Shown piece by piece: positions 47,814 through 56,855 of a stretch of 64,000 bases of DNA. The stretch comes from an uncultured Nesterenkonia sp. (GTDB taxonomy: Bacteria > Actinomycetota > Actinomycetes > Actinomycetales > Micrococcaceae). A model generated the notes under the pieces. It had not been told where the DNA came from, did not search any database, and was given only the letters and a program-made list of their open reading frames with translations. Numbering within the stretch: the first letter of the stretch is position 1; the number at the start of each line of letters is the position of its first letter. The translations under genes and the position numbers were made by a program. The stretch covers positions 230,806 to 294,805 of the forward strand of contig CAMIAK010000001.1 of NCBI GenBank assembly GCA_946222885.1. The letters are read 5' to 3'.

Positions 47814-47904
47814 CGGCGGAGCGTGTGGGATTCGAACCCACGGTGCAGGGTCACTGCACAACAGTTTTCAAGACTGTCACCTTCGGCCGCTCGGACAACG
47901 CTCC
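47814..47904 (-). tRNA. tRNA-Ser (anticodon TGA), type II with long variable arm; prophage attachment target
   Basis: Reverse complement GGAGCGT...TTGTGCAGTGACCCTGCAC...GGGTTCGAATCCCACACGCTCCGCC; anticodon loop CTTGAAA; 7-bp acceptor stem; GTTCGAATC T-loop. Confidence 0.85.
47815..47837. other. attR core (shared with the attP-like junction at 4341..4363)
   Basis: Copy-1/copy-2 identity ends at 47837; host tRNA body continues from 47838. Confidence 0.6.
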
Positions 47905-47990
47905 TGACGTATGGAATTGTGCTGGTCTCCCGGCCCGTGAGGGTGAGAAACTCCAGATAGAGACTATACGTGAGGCAGGGGAGTGATCGC

Positions 47991-48983
47991 ATGCGCGCAG
48001 TGCAGTACGCCGACGCCGGCGGCCCGGAGGTCGTCCGGGTCGCCGAGGCCGAGGATCCGGTCCCGGGCGCCGGCGAGGTGCTGATCGAGGTCGCCGCCGC
48101 CGGGCTCAACCGCGCCGACGTCATGCAGCGCATGGGGGTCTACCCGCCGCCGCAGGGCGTCACCGAGATTCCCGGCCTGGAGGTCTCCGGGACCGTGGTC
48201 GCCGCAGGTGAGGGCAGTGAGGACGCCGTCCGGCGGCTCATCGGCAGCGAGGTCGTGGCGCTGCTCGCCGGCGGAGGCTACGCGGAGAAGGTCGCCGTGG
48301 ACGCCCGGCAGGTGCTGCCCGTCCCCGCCGGAGTCAGCCTTCTCGACGCCGCCGGGCTGATCGAGGTCGCCGCCACCGTCCACTCCAACCTCCGCGGGGA
48401 GGCCGGGGTGACCGCAGAGGACGTGGTGCTCATCCACGGCGGCACCGGCGGCATCGGCAGCTTTGCCCTGCAGCACCTTCGCGAACTCGGCGCCACCACC
48501 ATCACCACAGTGGGCAGCCCGCAGAAGGCGGAACTGGCCGCCCGTCTGGGCGCCGACCACGTCATCGACTACCGGGAGGAGGACGTGAAGGACCGGATCA
48601 GGGAGATCACCGGCGGCCGCGGCGTCGACGTGATCCTCGACGTCGTCGGCGCCAAATACCTGGAGGCCAACCTCAAGTCCCTGGCCGTGGACGGCCGGAT
48701 GGTCGTCATCGGGCTGCAGGGCGGGAGGAAGGCAGAGCTGGACCTGGGGCTCATGCTCGGCAGGCGGCTGCGCATCATCGCCACCACGCTGCGCTCCCGC
48801 GACGCGGCGAGCAAGGGGCAGATCCTCCGGGGCGTGGCCGAAGAGGTCTGGCCGCTCATCGAGGCCGGCGCCATCTCCGTGCAGACCGACCGCGTCTTCC
48901 CTCTGGAGCAGGCGCAGGCCGCCCAGGAGTACTTCGACTCCGGCGAGCACACCGGAAAGATCCTCCTGGAGATCAGCCGGTAG
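47991..48983 (+). CDS. qor: NADPH:quinone oxidoreductase (MDR family)
   Basis: MRAVQYADAGGPEVVRV...GAGEVLIEVAAAGLNRADVMQRMG; GxGxxG-like nucleotide-binding motif IHGGTGGIGS. Confidence 0.8.
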   Translation: MRAVQYADAGGPEVVRVAEAEDPVPGAGEVLIEVAAAGLNRADVMQRMGVYPPPQGVTEIPGLEVSGTVVAAGEGSEDAVRRLIGSEVVALLAGGGYAEKVAVDARQVLPVPAGVSLLDAAGLIEVAATVHSNLRGEAGVTAEDVVLIHGGTGGIGSFALQHLRELGATTITTVGSPQKAELAARLGADHVIDYREEDVKDRIREITGGRGVDVILDVVGAKYLEANLKSLAVDGRMVVIGLQGGRKAELDLGLMLGRRLRIIATTLRSRDAASKGQILRGVAEEVWPLIEAGAISVQTDRVFPLEQAQAAQEYFDSGEHTGKILLEISR

Positions 48984-48995
48984 ACTTCCAGCACT

Positions 48996-49418
48996 ATGAA
49001 GCTGCTCACCCGACGCCGCCGCGCCCGCCGGCTGGACAAGGACCTCGGCAGGGGGCTCTGGCGCCAGGCCCATGACCGCTACGTCCGGGGTCTGGACCGC
49101 TACCACCAGGTGATCGAAGGCGTGGAGGACGACGCCGTCTACAACCAGCTGGTGCTCATCGGAGACGAGCTCTCCGAGCAGCTGACCGTGGTCTACGAGC
49201 TGTGCCGGAGGGCGAACGCCCAGCACCCGGGGGAGGGGATGCATGTCCCCGGAGCGGCCCGGCCGCTGCATTCGGCGCTCTCCCGGGCCGCGAACAACTT
49301 GGCGACGGCGGCGGAGGCCGCAGCGATGGTGCGGCTGGGGAGTGCTGAGGTGACCTCTGTACGGCGTCGTGCGGACCAGGTGCTGACCTGCCTGCAGGGT
49401 GTGGGAACAGACGGCTGA
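48996..49418 (+). CDS. hypothetical protein
   Basis: 140-aa ORF. Confidence 0.45.
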   Translation: MKLLTRRRRARRLDKDLGRGLWRQAHDRYVRGLDRYHQVIEGVEDDAVYNQLVLIGDELSEQLTVVYELCRRANAQHPGEGMHVPGAARPLHSALSRAANNLATAAEAAAMVRLGSAEVTSVRRRADQVLTCLQGVGTDG

Positions 49419-49424
49419 GAAAGC

Positions 49425-49499
49425 GGAGCCTCCTACCGGATTTGAACCGGTGACCTTTCCATTACGAGTGGAATGCTCTACCAGCTGAGCTAAGGAGGC
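49425..49499 (-). tRNA. tRNA-Thr (anticodon CGT)
   Basis: Reverse complement GCCTCCTTAGCTCAGCTGGTAGAGCATTCCACTCGTAATGGAAAGGTCACCGGTTCAAATCCGGTAGGAGGCT; loop CTCGTAA. Confidence 0.8.
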
Positions 49500-49579
49500 C
49501 TGCGCTGCGCTTCTGCGCGCGCGAGTCATCACTTTACTCGCAGCGCGCAGAAGCGGTCAAAGCGCGGCATCGGCGGCTC

Positions 49580-50593
49580 TCAGAGGGCCGGCTCGCTGCT
49601 TTTCAGGCGTGCATCCTCCCGTGCCGGGACCACCATGACCGGGCCGTCGGCCTTCAGCAGGACCCCGCGGGAGACCGACCCCAGCAGCGTGCTGCTGATG
49701 CCCCCGCGGCCCCGGGTGCCCAGCACGGTCAGCTGGGACTTCGGAGCTTCGGCCACCATGACCTCAGCGGCAGCGCCCTCGATCACCTCGCAGTCGATCC
49801 GCAGCTGGAGGAAGTGCCCCTGCAGCCAGGCGCATTCGTCCTTGAGCTTCTTCTCCAGGTGCTGCCGGTGCCGGCGGGTGAACTCGGGGTCCCGCGGCGC
49901 CAGCTCCGGGTACCAGATCAGGGCTGCGTCCAGCGGGGGCATCGCCAGCACCACCCGCAGGGAGGTGCCGCGGGCGACGGCGGCCTCCGCGGCCTCCAGC
50001 GCTGCGGCGCGGCCATGGGAGGAGCCGTCCACCCCCACCGTCACCGGACGCGGATCCTCCACCGGGGAGAACAGGGTCTGCCCGCTGGAGGCCTCCGGGT
50101 CATAGCTGGCCGGGACCACCACAGCCGGACAGTCGGTGTGGGCGGGGACCGAGGACGCCACCGAGCCCAGCATCATGCCGATGAAGCCTCCGCGGCCGCG
50201 GCTTCCTACCACAACCAGCGAGGCCTGCGGGGAGAGCCCGATCAGCACGCCTGCGGCGTCGCCGTACTCGATCCGGTAGGTCACCTCGCCGGGATAGTCG
50301 ACCAGATAGCGCCGGGCCTCCTCGAGGATGTCCTCGGCGCCTTTCTTGGCCAGCGAGCTGCCGGTGAGGTCGGTGGTGCTGTCGACATAGCCGGAGATCG
50401 CCGCGGGAACCGTATAGGCGGTGATCACCGTCAGGGGAAGGTCCTTGCGCTGGGCCGCGCGGGCCGCCCAGTGCAAGGCGCGGGTCGACTGTTGGGAGCC
50501 GTCATAGCCGAGGATCACTCCGAGCGGGCGGCCGGTGGTCTGAACGTCGTTGTCCATAGAAGCCTCCTGGTGTGGTGCCGGCGACCTCATCAT
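49580..50593 (-). CDS. universal stress protein (tandem UspA domains)
   Basis: Two Usp-like halves (VILGYDGSQQS.., VTVGVDGSSHG..); C-terminal GTRGRGG..LGSVS motifs. Confidence 0.75.
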   Translation of the reverse strand: MMRSPAPHQEASMDNDVQTTGRPLGVILGYDGSQQSTRALHWAARAAQRKDLPLTVITAYTVPAAISGYVDSTTDLTGSSLAKKGAEDILEEARRYLVDYPGEVTYRIEYGDAAGVLIGLSPQASLVVVGSRGRGGFIGMMLGSVASSVPAHTDCPAVVVPASYDPEASSGQTLFSPVEDPRPVTVGVDGSSHGRAAALEAAEAAVARGTSLRVVLAMPPLDAALIWYPELAPRDPEFTRRHRQHLEKKLKDECAWLQGHFLQLRIDCEVIEGAAAEVMVAEAPKSQLTVLGTRGRGGISSTLLGSVSRGVLLKADGPVMVVPAREDARLKSSEPAL

Positions 50594-50741
50594 CGCCGGG
50601 ACACCAGTCTACGCCTGTTTTTCTACAAGTTGTAGAAAAGCGACTTCGTCGTTTTTCTCGGCTCTCACTCGCCTCGGCGCTGCCGAGCAGGCTCGGCGCC
50701 GCGCTCGGCTCAATCGGCCGCAGAAGATGCGGTGTGCCTTC

Positions 50742-52274
50742 TCAGCACTCCTGACGGCCCTCGAAGAGCTCGCCCTCCAGAAGATAGGCGTCCACGACGT
50801 CGGTCACGCAGTCCGCCCCGGGGCGGTAGGCCAGGTGCCCCTCACCCTCGTAGACCAGCAGCGAGGAGCCCGGCACCAGCTGGTGCATGTTCTCCGCCCA
50901 CTCCAGCGGGGTGGCCGGATCGCCGGTGGTGCCGATGAAGAGCATCCGGCCGGCGTCGTCGGCCTCCGGCTCGGAGGGTTCGCCCACCGGCTCATGCGGC
51001 CATTCCTCGCAGGTGACGCCCGAATGGCCCAGGTAGGGGCCGAAGGTGGGGGAGGCCTCGGTCAGCTCCTCGACCTCCGCCTCGATGTCCTCGGGCTCCG
51101 AGGAGACGGGGTAGTCCAGGCACATGATGGCGCGGAAGGCCATCTGGCTCATCCATTCGTAGCTGCCGTCGTCGTCCCGTCCGGCGGATTGGTCGGCCCA
51201 ATGCAGGAAGGCGTAGAAGTCTCCCTCCTCCAGCGCCAGGGAGAGTCCTTGGCTGAGGAACTCCCAGCCCTGCGGGTCATACATCGGCAGGATGAACCCG
51301 CTGACGAACACGCTGATCGGCATGGTGCGTCCGTCCACGTCCTGCCAGGGCTCCTCGGAGATCTGCTCGAAGAGGTCCTGGACCGTGGCGACGACGTCCT
51401 CGGGGCCGCCCTCCACCGGGCAGTCCTCCTGCTCCACGCACCATTCCGCGTAGCCCTCCAGGGCGCTCTCGAAGCCGCGGGCCTGGGCGAGCTCCAGCTC
51501 ATGGGAGTCCACGGAGGTGTCCATCATCCCGTCGAGCACGAAGCGCCCGACCGTCTCCGGGTGATGCTCGGCGTAGCTCATGCCCAGCTTGGTGCCGTAG
51601 GAGAAGCCCAGGTAGTGCAGCTCCTCCTCTCCGAGGGCTGCCCGGATCACGTCCATGTCCCGGGAGGCCGAGACGGTGTCCACATGTTCCAAGACCGGCC
51701 CGGTGCCCTCTTCGCACTGGCCGGCCAGCCAGGCTGCCTGCTCGCGGGCCTCCTCCAGGGCGGCCTCCTCGTCCAGATCCTCCTCCTGGACCTGCTCGCG
51801 GAAGGTGTCCATCTCCTCATCGCTGAGGCACTGCACCGGAGCCGAACGGTTCACCCCGCGGGGGTCGAAGCCCACCACGTTGTACTCCTCCAGCAGCGCA
51901 TCGGTGAAGGTGGAGCCCAGCTGGTCGGCCACGATGTTGTAGCCGGAGGACCCGGGGCCGCCCGGATTGGTGAGCAGATGGGGCGCCTCCTCACCGGCGG
52001 TGTCCGAGCTGATGACCTCGATCTCGATCTGCTCACCGTCGGGCTCCTCATAGTCCAGGGGGACGGCCACCGAGGCGCAGAGCCTGTTGCCCTCGCACTC
52101 CTCCCAGGAGAGCTCCTGGTCGTAGAAGGCGGAGAACTCCTCCTGCTCAGCCAGCGGGACCCCCTCCTCGCCGCCGGGATCCTGGGGGTCCTCCGGGGCC
52201 CCGCAGGAGCTGATCAGCAGGGCGACGGCGGAGAGTCCGGCCAGCCGGGAGAGCCGGGGCGATGCGCTGATCAC
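50742..52274 (-). CDS. secreted lipoprotein alpha/beta hydrolase (S33 tripeptidyl-aminopeptidase-like)
   Basis: Signal peptide with lipobox LISSCG; GFSYGT nucleophile elbow. Confidence 0.7.
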   Translation of the reverse strand: MISASPRLSRLAGLSAVALLISSCGAPEDPQDPGGEEGVPLAEQEEFSAFYDQELSWEECEGNRLCASVAVPLDYEEPDGEQIEIEVISSDTAGEEAPHLLTNPGGPGSSGYNIVADQLGSTFTDALLEEYNVVGFDPRGVNRSAPVQCLSDEEMDTFREQVQEEDLDEEAALEEAREQAAWLAGQCEEGTGPVLEHVDTVSASRDMDVIRAALGEEELHYLGFSYGTKLGMSYAEHHPETVGRFVLDGMMDTSVDSHELELAQARGFESALEGYAEWCVEQEDCPVEGGPEDVVATVQDLFEQISEEPWQDVDGRTMPISVFVSGFILPMYDPQGWEFLSQGLSLALEEGDFYAFLHWADQSAGRDDDGSYEWMSQMAFRAIMCLDYPVSSEPEDIEAEVEELTEASPTFGPYLGHSGVTCEEWPHEPVGEPSEPEADDAGRMLFIGTTGDPATPLEWAENMHQLVPGSSLLVYEGEGHLAYRPGADCVTDVVDAYLLEGELFEGRQEC

Positions 52275-53470
52275 GGGATGCGGGTTCCTTTCGCAGAGGT
52301 GGACTTCGGCGCGGAGGCGAAGGTCATCATCAGGGCCTCCATCGCCAGCAGCGGCGGCACGTTCTGCCCGATCCGTGTCCTGGCCGTGCTGATGGAGTCC
52401 AGGCAGCGCAGCGCATGCTCCGGGGTGGTGCCCTCGGCGTAGGCGGTGATCTCGGAGCGCAGGTGCTCATTGATCAGCTCGACGCCGGTCCCCAGCTTCA
52501 GGCTGAGCACATCCCGGTAGACGGCGGTCAGGTCGATCAGCGCCCGGTCCAGGGAGTCGGCCACCGCGCGCTTGGTGCGCCGGGCGTGGTCCTCCTCCAT
52601 GCGTTTGAACTGGCTGCGCAGCTTCGGGGGGATCTTCTCCTCCGGGTCCAGGCCCAGCGAGCGGCGCAGTGAGGCCTGCTCCTCGGCCAGCCGGGCGTCG
52701 GCGTCGGCCTGGGCGTCGGCCTGGGTCATCTCCACCAGCTGCCCGGCGGCCTGCACGGCGTCGGAGGAGGAGCGCACCCGCAGGGGAAGGGTGACGATGT
52801 CCTCCCGGCGTCTGCGGGACTCCGGGTCCCGGGCCAGCCGGCGGGCCACCCCGATGTGGTTCTGCGAGACCCGTGCGGCGAAGTGCGCCTGCTCCTGGTT
52901 CAGCCCGTCGCGGGCGGCCAGCAGCTCGGCGACGGCGCCGGCCGGCGGGATGCGCAGGCTCACCAGCCGGCAGCGCGAGCGGATGGTCACCAGCACGTCC
53001 GCGGGGCTGGGGGCGCACAGGATCCAGATGGTGTGCGGCGGGGGCTCCTCGATCGCCTTGAGCAGCACGTTGGTGGCGCGCTCGGTCATGCGGTCGGCGT
53101 CCTCGACCACGATCACGCGCCAACGGGCGTTCTGCGGCCTGTCCTGGGCGGTGGTGACGAGCTCGCGGACGTCCTCGATCCGGTAGGAGACGTTCTCCGT
53201 GGAGACCATCTTCACCGAGGGGTGGCCCTCCCCGGCGACCAGCCGGCAGGAGCGGCACTGTCCGCATCCGGGGGAGTCCGGGCGCTCGCAGTTCAGAGCG
53301 GCGGCGAAGGCCCGGGCCGCGTTGGAGCGTCCCGAGCCCGGCGGCCCGGTGAACAGCCAGGCGTGGGCCGGGGTGCCGTCGGAGGCCGCACGGCGCAGCT
53401 GCTCCACCACGGCATCCTGGCCGACCAGCTCGTCGAAGACCGACGCCGGCGTCGTGTGCGTCTCAGCCAT
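52271..53470 (-). CDS. holB: DNA polymerase III subunit delta'
   Basis: HAWLFTGPPGSGRSNAARAFAAALNCE Walker A; clamp-loader fold signature. Confidence 0.8.
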   Translation of the reverse strand: MAETHTTPASVFDELVGQDAVVEQLRRAASDGTPAHAWLFTGPPGSGRSNAARAFAAALNCERPDSPGCGQCRSCRLVAGEGHPSVKMVSTENVSYRIEDVRELVTTAQDRPQNARWRVIVVEDADRMTERATNVLLKAIEEPPPHTIWILCAPSPADVLVTIRSRCRLVSLRIPPAGAVAELLAARDGLNQEQAHFAARVSQNHIGVARRLARDPESRRRREDIVTLPLRVRSSSDAVQAAGQLVEMTQADAQADADARLAEEQASLRRSLGLDPEEKIPPKLRSQFKRMEEDHARRTKRAVADSLDRALIDLTAVYRDVLSLKLGTGVELINEHLRSEITAYAEGTTPEHALRCLDSISTARTRIGQNVPPLLAMEALMMTFASAPKSTSAKGTRIP

Positions 53471-54143
53471 CCAGCAGCTCCTCCACCCGTGCGCGGATCC
53501 GGTCCTGCACCGTCTCCGGGGCCTCTGCGGCGTCGACCACCAGGTAGCGGGCCGGATCGGCGGCGGCCTGTTCCAGGAAGGCCGAGCGCAGCCGGGAGTG
53601 GAACTCCTCCCCGGCGGACTCCATGCGGTCGGCCCGGCCGTCCCCGCGGGCGGCCATGCGCTCCCGGGCGATCGCCGGGTCCAGGTCCAGGATGACGGTC
53701 AGGTCCGGCCGCAGCCCTCCGGTCGCCCAGCTGTTCACGGAGGCGACGGCCTCGGTCCCCAGCCCGCGGCCCATGCCCTGATAGGCCACGGAGGAGTCCA
53801 CGTAGCGGTCGGTGAGCACGCAGGTTCCGGCGGCCAGCGCGGGTTCGATCCGTTGGACCACATGGGCGGCCCGGGAGGCGGCGAAGAGCAGCGCCTCGGT
53901 GCGCGGGTCGATCTCCCCCTGGCCGTGGTCCAGCAGCAGGGAGCGGATCCTCTCCCCGATGGGGGTGCCGCCGGGCTCGCGGGTGCGGTCGCAGGGCAGG
54001 CCCCGCGAGCCCAGCCAGGCCTCGAGCAGGTCGATCTGCGTGGTCTTGCCCGCGCCGTCTCCGCCCTCCACCGCCAGGAACACGCCACGTCCCGGCCTCT
54101 CGGCCTCGGGTGTCTCCCGCACAGCGGGTTTCGCATCGTTCAC
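53463..54143 (-). CDS. tmk: thymidylate kinase
   Basis: GVFLAVEGGDGAGKTTQ P-loop, DRY motif; the GTG start at 54143 is chosen because the longer ORF (to 54290) overlaps metB. Confidence 0.8.
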   Translation of the reverse strand: MNDAKPAVRETPEAERPGRGVFLAVEGGDGAGKTTQIDLLEAWLGSRGLPCDRTREPGGTPIGERIRSLLLDHGQGEIDPRTEALLFAASRAAHVVQRIEPALAAGTCVLTDRYVDSSVAYQGMGRGLGTEAVASVNSWATGGLRPDLTVILDLDPAIARERMAARGDGRADRMESAGEEFHSRLRSAFLEQAAADPARYLVVDAAEAPETVQDRIRARVEELLDG

Positions 54144-54184
54144 AGGGGACAGCCTATCGAGCCGCGGTGACAGGAGAAGCTGAC

Positions 54185-55546
54185 ATGAAACGCGAGGCGT
54201 CAGCGCGGCCGGCACGTTGGAGATACGGTGAGAGGGTGAGTGAGGATCCAAGGAACAGCGAGCCCGACGCCGGCCGGTCCGGCGACGCATGGCACACCGT
54301 CTCCGGCCAGGCCGAGCGGACCTTCGTGGTCTCCGCCGGCCGGCCGCATGAGCCCAACTCCCCGGTGAACCCCCCGGTGGACTTCACCTCCACCTACACC
54401 TACCGCCCGAGTGTGGAGCAGCCGCAGGTCTACGCCCGGGAGGGCATCCCCTCCTTCCGGCCCCTGGAGGAGCTGATCGCCGGACTCGAGGGAGGCACCC
54501 GCTCGGCCTACTACGGCAGCGGGATGGTGGCCAAGGACCAGGAGCAGCCGGTGGAGGTCCAGCCTGCGCTGCTGTTCTCCTCCGGGCTCTCCGCGGTCTC
54601 CGCAGTGCTGAACCTGCTGCCGCTGGGCAGCCACGTGATCCTGCCCCGGCACGCCTATATGGGCTTCTACACGATGGCTCAGCAGATGGCGGAGAAGGGC
54701 ATGTTCACCCTGCATCGTGTGGACATCGCCGACACCGAACAGGTCCGGACCACCCTGCAGGACGTCTCCACCCTCGCCCGCGCCCAGGACGCCGAGGTCC
54801 TGCTGTGGATCGAATCGCCCACCAACCCGATGCTGGAGATCGCCGACCTCCCCGCGCTGACCGCCGAGGCCAGGCGCCGCGGCGTGATCACCGCCGTGGA
54901 CAACACCTTCGCGACGCCGCTGCGCCAGCGCCCGCTGAAGCACGGAGCCGACATCGTGGTCCATTCGGTCACCAAGTTCCTCTCCGGGCACTCCGACGTC
55001 ATCATGGGGGCCGCGGTCACCGGCGACGCCGAGCTGCACCGCCGCCTGCACGCCCACCGCAACCTCCACGGCACCATCCCCGGGCCGATGGAGGTCTTCC
55101 TCGCCCTGCGCGGAGTCCGCACCCTGGCCATCCGCCTGGACGCCGCGGAGCAGAACGCCGGACAGCTCGCCGCGCGGCTGGAGTCCCTGGCCGCCGAAGG
55201 CTCGCTGCCCCTGCGCTCGGTCTCCTACCCCGGGCTGGCCAGCCACCCCCAGCACGAGCGCGCGACGGCGCAGCTGGGCGGCTACGGCGCCATCGTCACC
55301 ATCGACACCGGCTCGCGCGCGGCCGCCGACTCCGTCCTGGAGCATCTGCGGCTCTGGACCCCGGCCACCAGCCTGGGCGGCGTGGAGTCCCTGGCCGAGC
55401 GGCGTCGCCGGCATCCCGGTGAGCCGCAGACCGTGCCGGAGGGGCTGATCCGGCTCTCGGTGGGAATCGAGGACGCCGGGGACCTCTTCGACGACCTGCT
55501 CGGCGCGCTGCGGAGCACCGCTGAGATCCTTCGCGAGAACGGATAG
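54185..55546 (+). CDS. metB: PLP-dependent cystathionine gamma-synthase/O-succinylhomoserine sulfhydrylase-like enzyme
   Basis: Cys/Met-metabolism PLP family motifs (HSVTKFLSGHSDV, VESLAE); ATG at 54185 after AGGAGAAG; the ORF-track GTG at 54110 overlaps tmk. Confidence 0.75.
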   Translation: MKREASARPARWRYGERVSEDPRNSEPDAGRSGDAWHTVSGQAERTFVVSAGRPHEPNSPVNPPVDFTSTYTYRPSVEQPQVYAREGIPSFRPLEELIAGLEGGTRSAYYGSGMVAKDQEQPVEVQPALLFSSGLSAVSAVLNLLPLGSHVILPRHAYMGFYTMAQQMAEKGMFTLHRVDIADTEQVRTTLQDVSTLARAQDAEVLLWIESPTNPMLEIADLPALTAEARRRGVITAVDNTFATPLRQRPLKHGADIVVHSVTKFLSGHSDVIMGAAVTGDAELHRRLHAHRNLHGTIPGPMEVFLALRGVRTLAIRLDAAEQNAGQLAARLESLAAEGSLPLRSVSYPGLASHPQHERATAQLGGYGAIVTIDTGSRAAADSVLEHLRLWTPATSLGGVESLAERRRRHPGEPQTVPEGLIRLSVGIEDAGDLFDDLLGALRSTAEILRENG

Positions 55547-55555
55547 CATCTAGGT

Positions 55556-55864
55556 ATGTCTGAAATCTGGTACACCGTCCTGGTGGCGGAGGTGTGGCTC
55601 TTCCTCATCTTCGGCGTGGTCTGCCTGGTGGTCTCGGCGATCGCCCTGCTGAAGTGCCTGCCGAAGAACGCCGCGCGGTTCGATGCTGCGATGAAGCGCA
55701 CCAAGGGCTTCTGGATGGCGATGACCGGCGGTGCCGTGCTGCTCTCGCTGATCGGCGTCTACTCCCAGCTCTATGGCGGCCCCTTCGGCTTTCTCTTCCC
55801 GGTGATCGCCGCCTGCATGGCCTCGGTCTACCTGGCCGACGTCGAGCCCGAAGTCTCCGGCTGA
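55556..55864 (+). CDS. DUF2516-family membrane protein
   Basis: 102 aa with 3 TM helices; conserved partner of gpmA in Actinobacteria. Confidence 0.55.
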   Translation: MSEIWYTVLVAEVWLFLIFGVVCLVVSAIALLKCLPKNAARFDAAMKRTKGFWMAMTGGAVLLSLIGVYSQLYGGPFGFLFPVIAACMASVYLADVEPEVSG

Positions 55865-55909
55865 CCTCCCCATACCCCTGCACCCCGCAACGAAGGGACT
55901 GACACACCC

Positions 55910-56656
55910 ATGGCCCACAACCTGATCCTGCTCCGCCACGGGCAGAGCGACTGGAACGAGAAGAACCTCTTCACCGGCTGGGTGGACGTCCAGCTGACGG
56001 AGAAGGGCCGCGCCGAGGCCGCACGCGGCGGCGAGCTCCTCAAGGAGAACGGCCTGCTGCCCGACGTCGTGCACACCTCGCTGCTGCAGCGCGCGATCAC
56101 CACCTCCCATCTGGCACTGGAGGCCGCGGACCGTCTGTGGATCCCGGTCAAGCGCGACTGGCGCCTCAACGAGCGGCACTACGGCGCCCTCCAGGGCAAG
56201 GACAAGACCCAGATCCGTGAGACCTACGGCGACGAGCAGTTCATGGTCTGGCGCCGCTCCTACGACACCCCGCCGCCGGAGATCGACGCCGACGACGAGT
56301 TCTCGCAGGCCGGCGACCCGCGCTACGCGGACCTGGGCGACGCCGCACCGAAGACCGAGTGCCTGAAGGACGTCGTCGAGCGCTTCCTGCCCTACTGGGA
56401 GGCTGAGGTCGTCCCGGACCTGAAGGCCGGGAAGACCGTTCTGCTGGCGGCCCACGGCAACTCGCTGCGCGCCCTGGTGAAGTACCTGGACGGCATCAGC
56501 GACGAGGACATCGCCGGGGTGAACATCCCCACCGGGATCCCCCTGCACTACGAGCTGGACGAAGACCTCAAGCCGGTCACCGCAGGCGGCACCTACCTGG
56601 ACCCCGAGGCGGCGAAGGAGGCCATCCAGGCCGTCGCCAACCAGGGCAAGAAGTAG
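55910..56656 (+). CDS. gpmA: 2,3-bisphosphoglycerate-dependent phosphoglycerate mutase
   Basis: [20 protein letters not shown] catalytic His motif; RHYGALQG. Confidence 0.9.
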   Translation: MAHNLILLRHGQSDWNEKNLFTGWVDVQLTEKGRAEAARGGELLKENGLLPDVVHTSLLQRAITTSHLALEAADRLWIPVKRDWRLNERHYGALQGKDKTQIRETYGDEQFMVWRRSYDTPPPEIDADDEFSQAGDPRYADLGDAAPKTECLKDVVERFLPYWEAEVVPDLKAGKTVLLAAHGNSLRALVKYLDGISDEDIAGVNIPTGIPLHYELDEDLKPVTAGGTYLDPEAAKEAIQAVANQGKK

Positions 56657-56676
56657 TCACGACGCCAGGTGTGTCA

Positions 56677-56739
56677 GAACTGCGGGAAGTAGCGCCTCCA
56701 GGGGACGACTTCCCGCAGTTCTGACACACCCAGCGGGAG
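56677..56739. repeat. REP-like palindromic element, copy 1 (23-bp arms GGTGTGTCAGAACTGCGGGAAGT / ACTTCCCGCAGTTCTGACACACC, 17-nt loop)
   Basis: Perfect 23-bp inverted repeat just after the gpmA stop. Confidence 0.7.
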
Positions 56740-56855
56740 TGTGGCCGCATGCAGTTTCCTCCAGAGACAGGAGACTGCCGGAGGTGACACGGTCGGCTCT
56801 CCAGAGAATGGGAGCTTTTCGGTCCGAAGGAGTCAGCGGCGGAGATCCTGCTGTC

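Noticed and set aside
47964-49532. 522-aa minus-strand ORF over qor and the hypothetical gene
   Set aside because: Antisense to qor, which has the characteristic MDR motifs. It also overlaps the tRNA-Thr region. High-GC artefact.
50550-52442. 630-aa plus-strand ORF over the lipoprotein hydrolase and holB
   Set aside because: Antisense to two convincingly conserved genes. Low-complexity composition.
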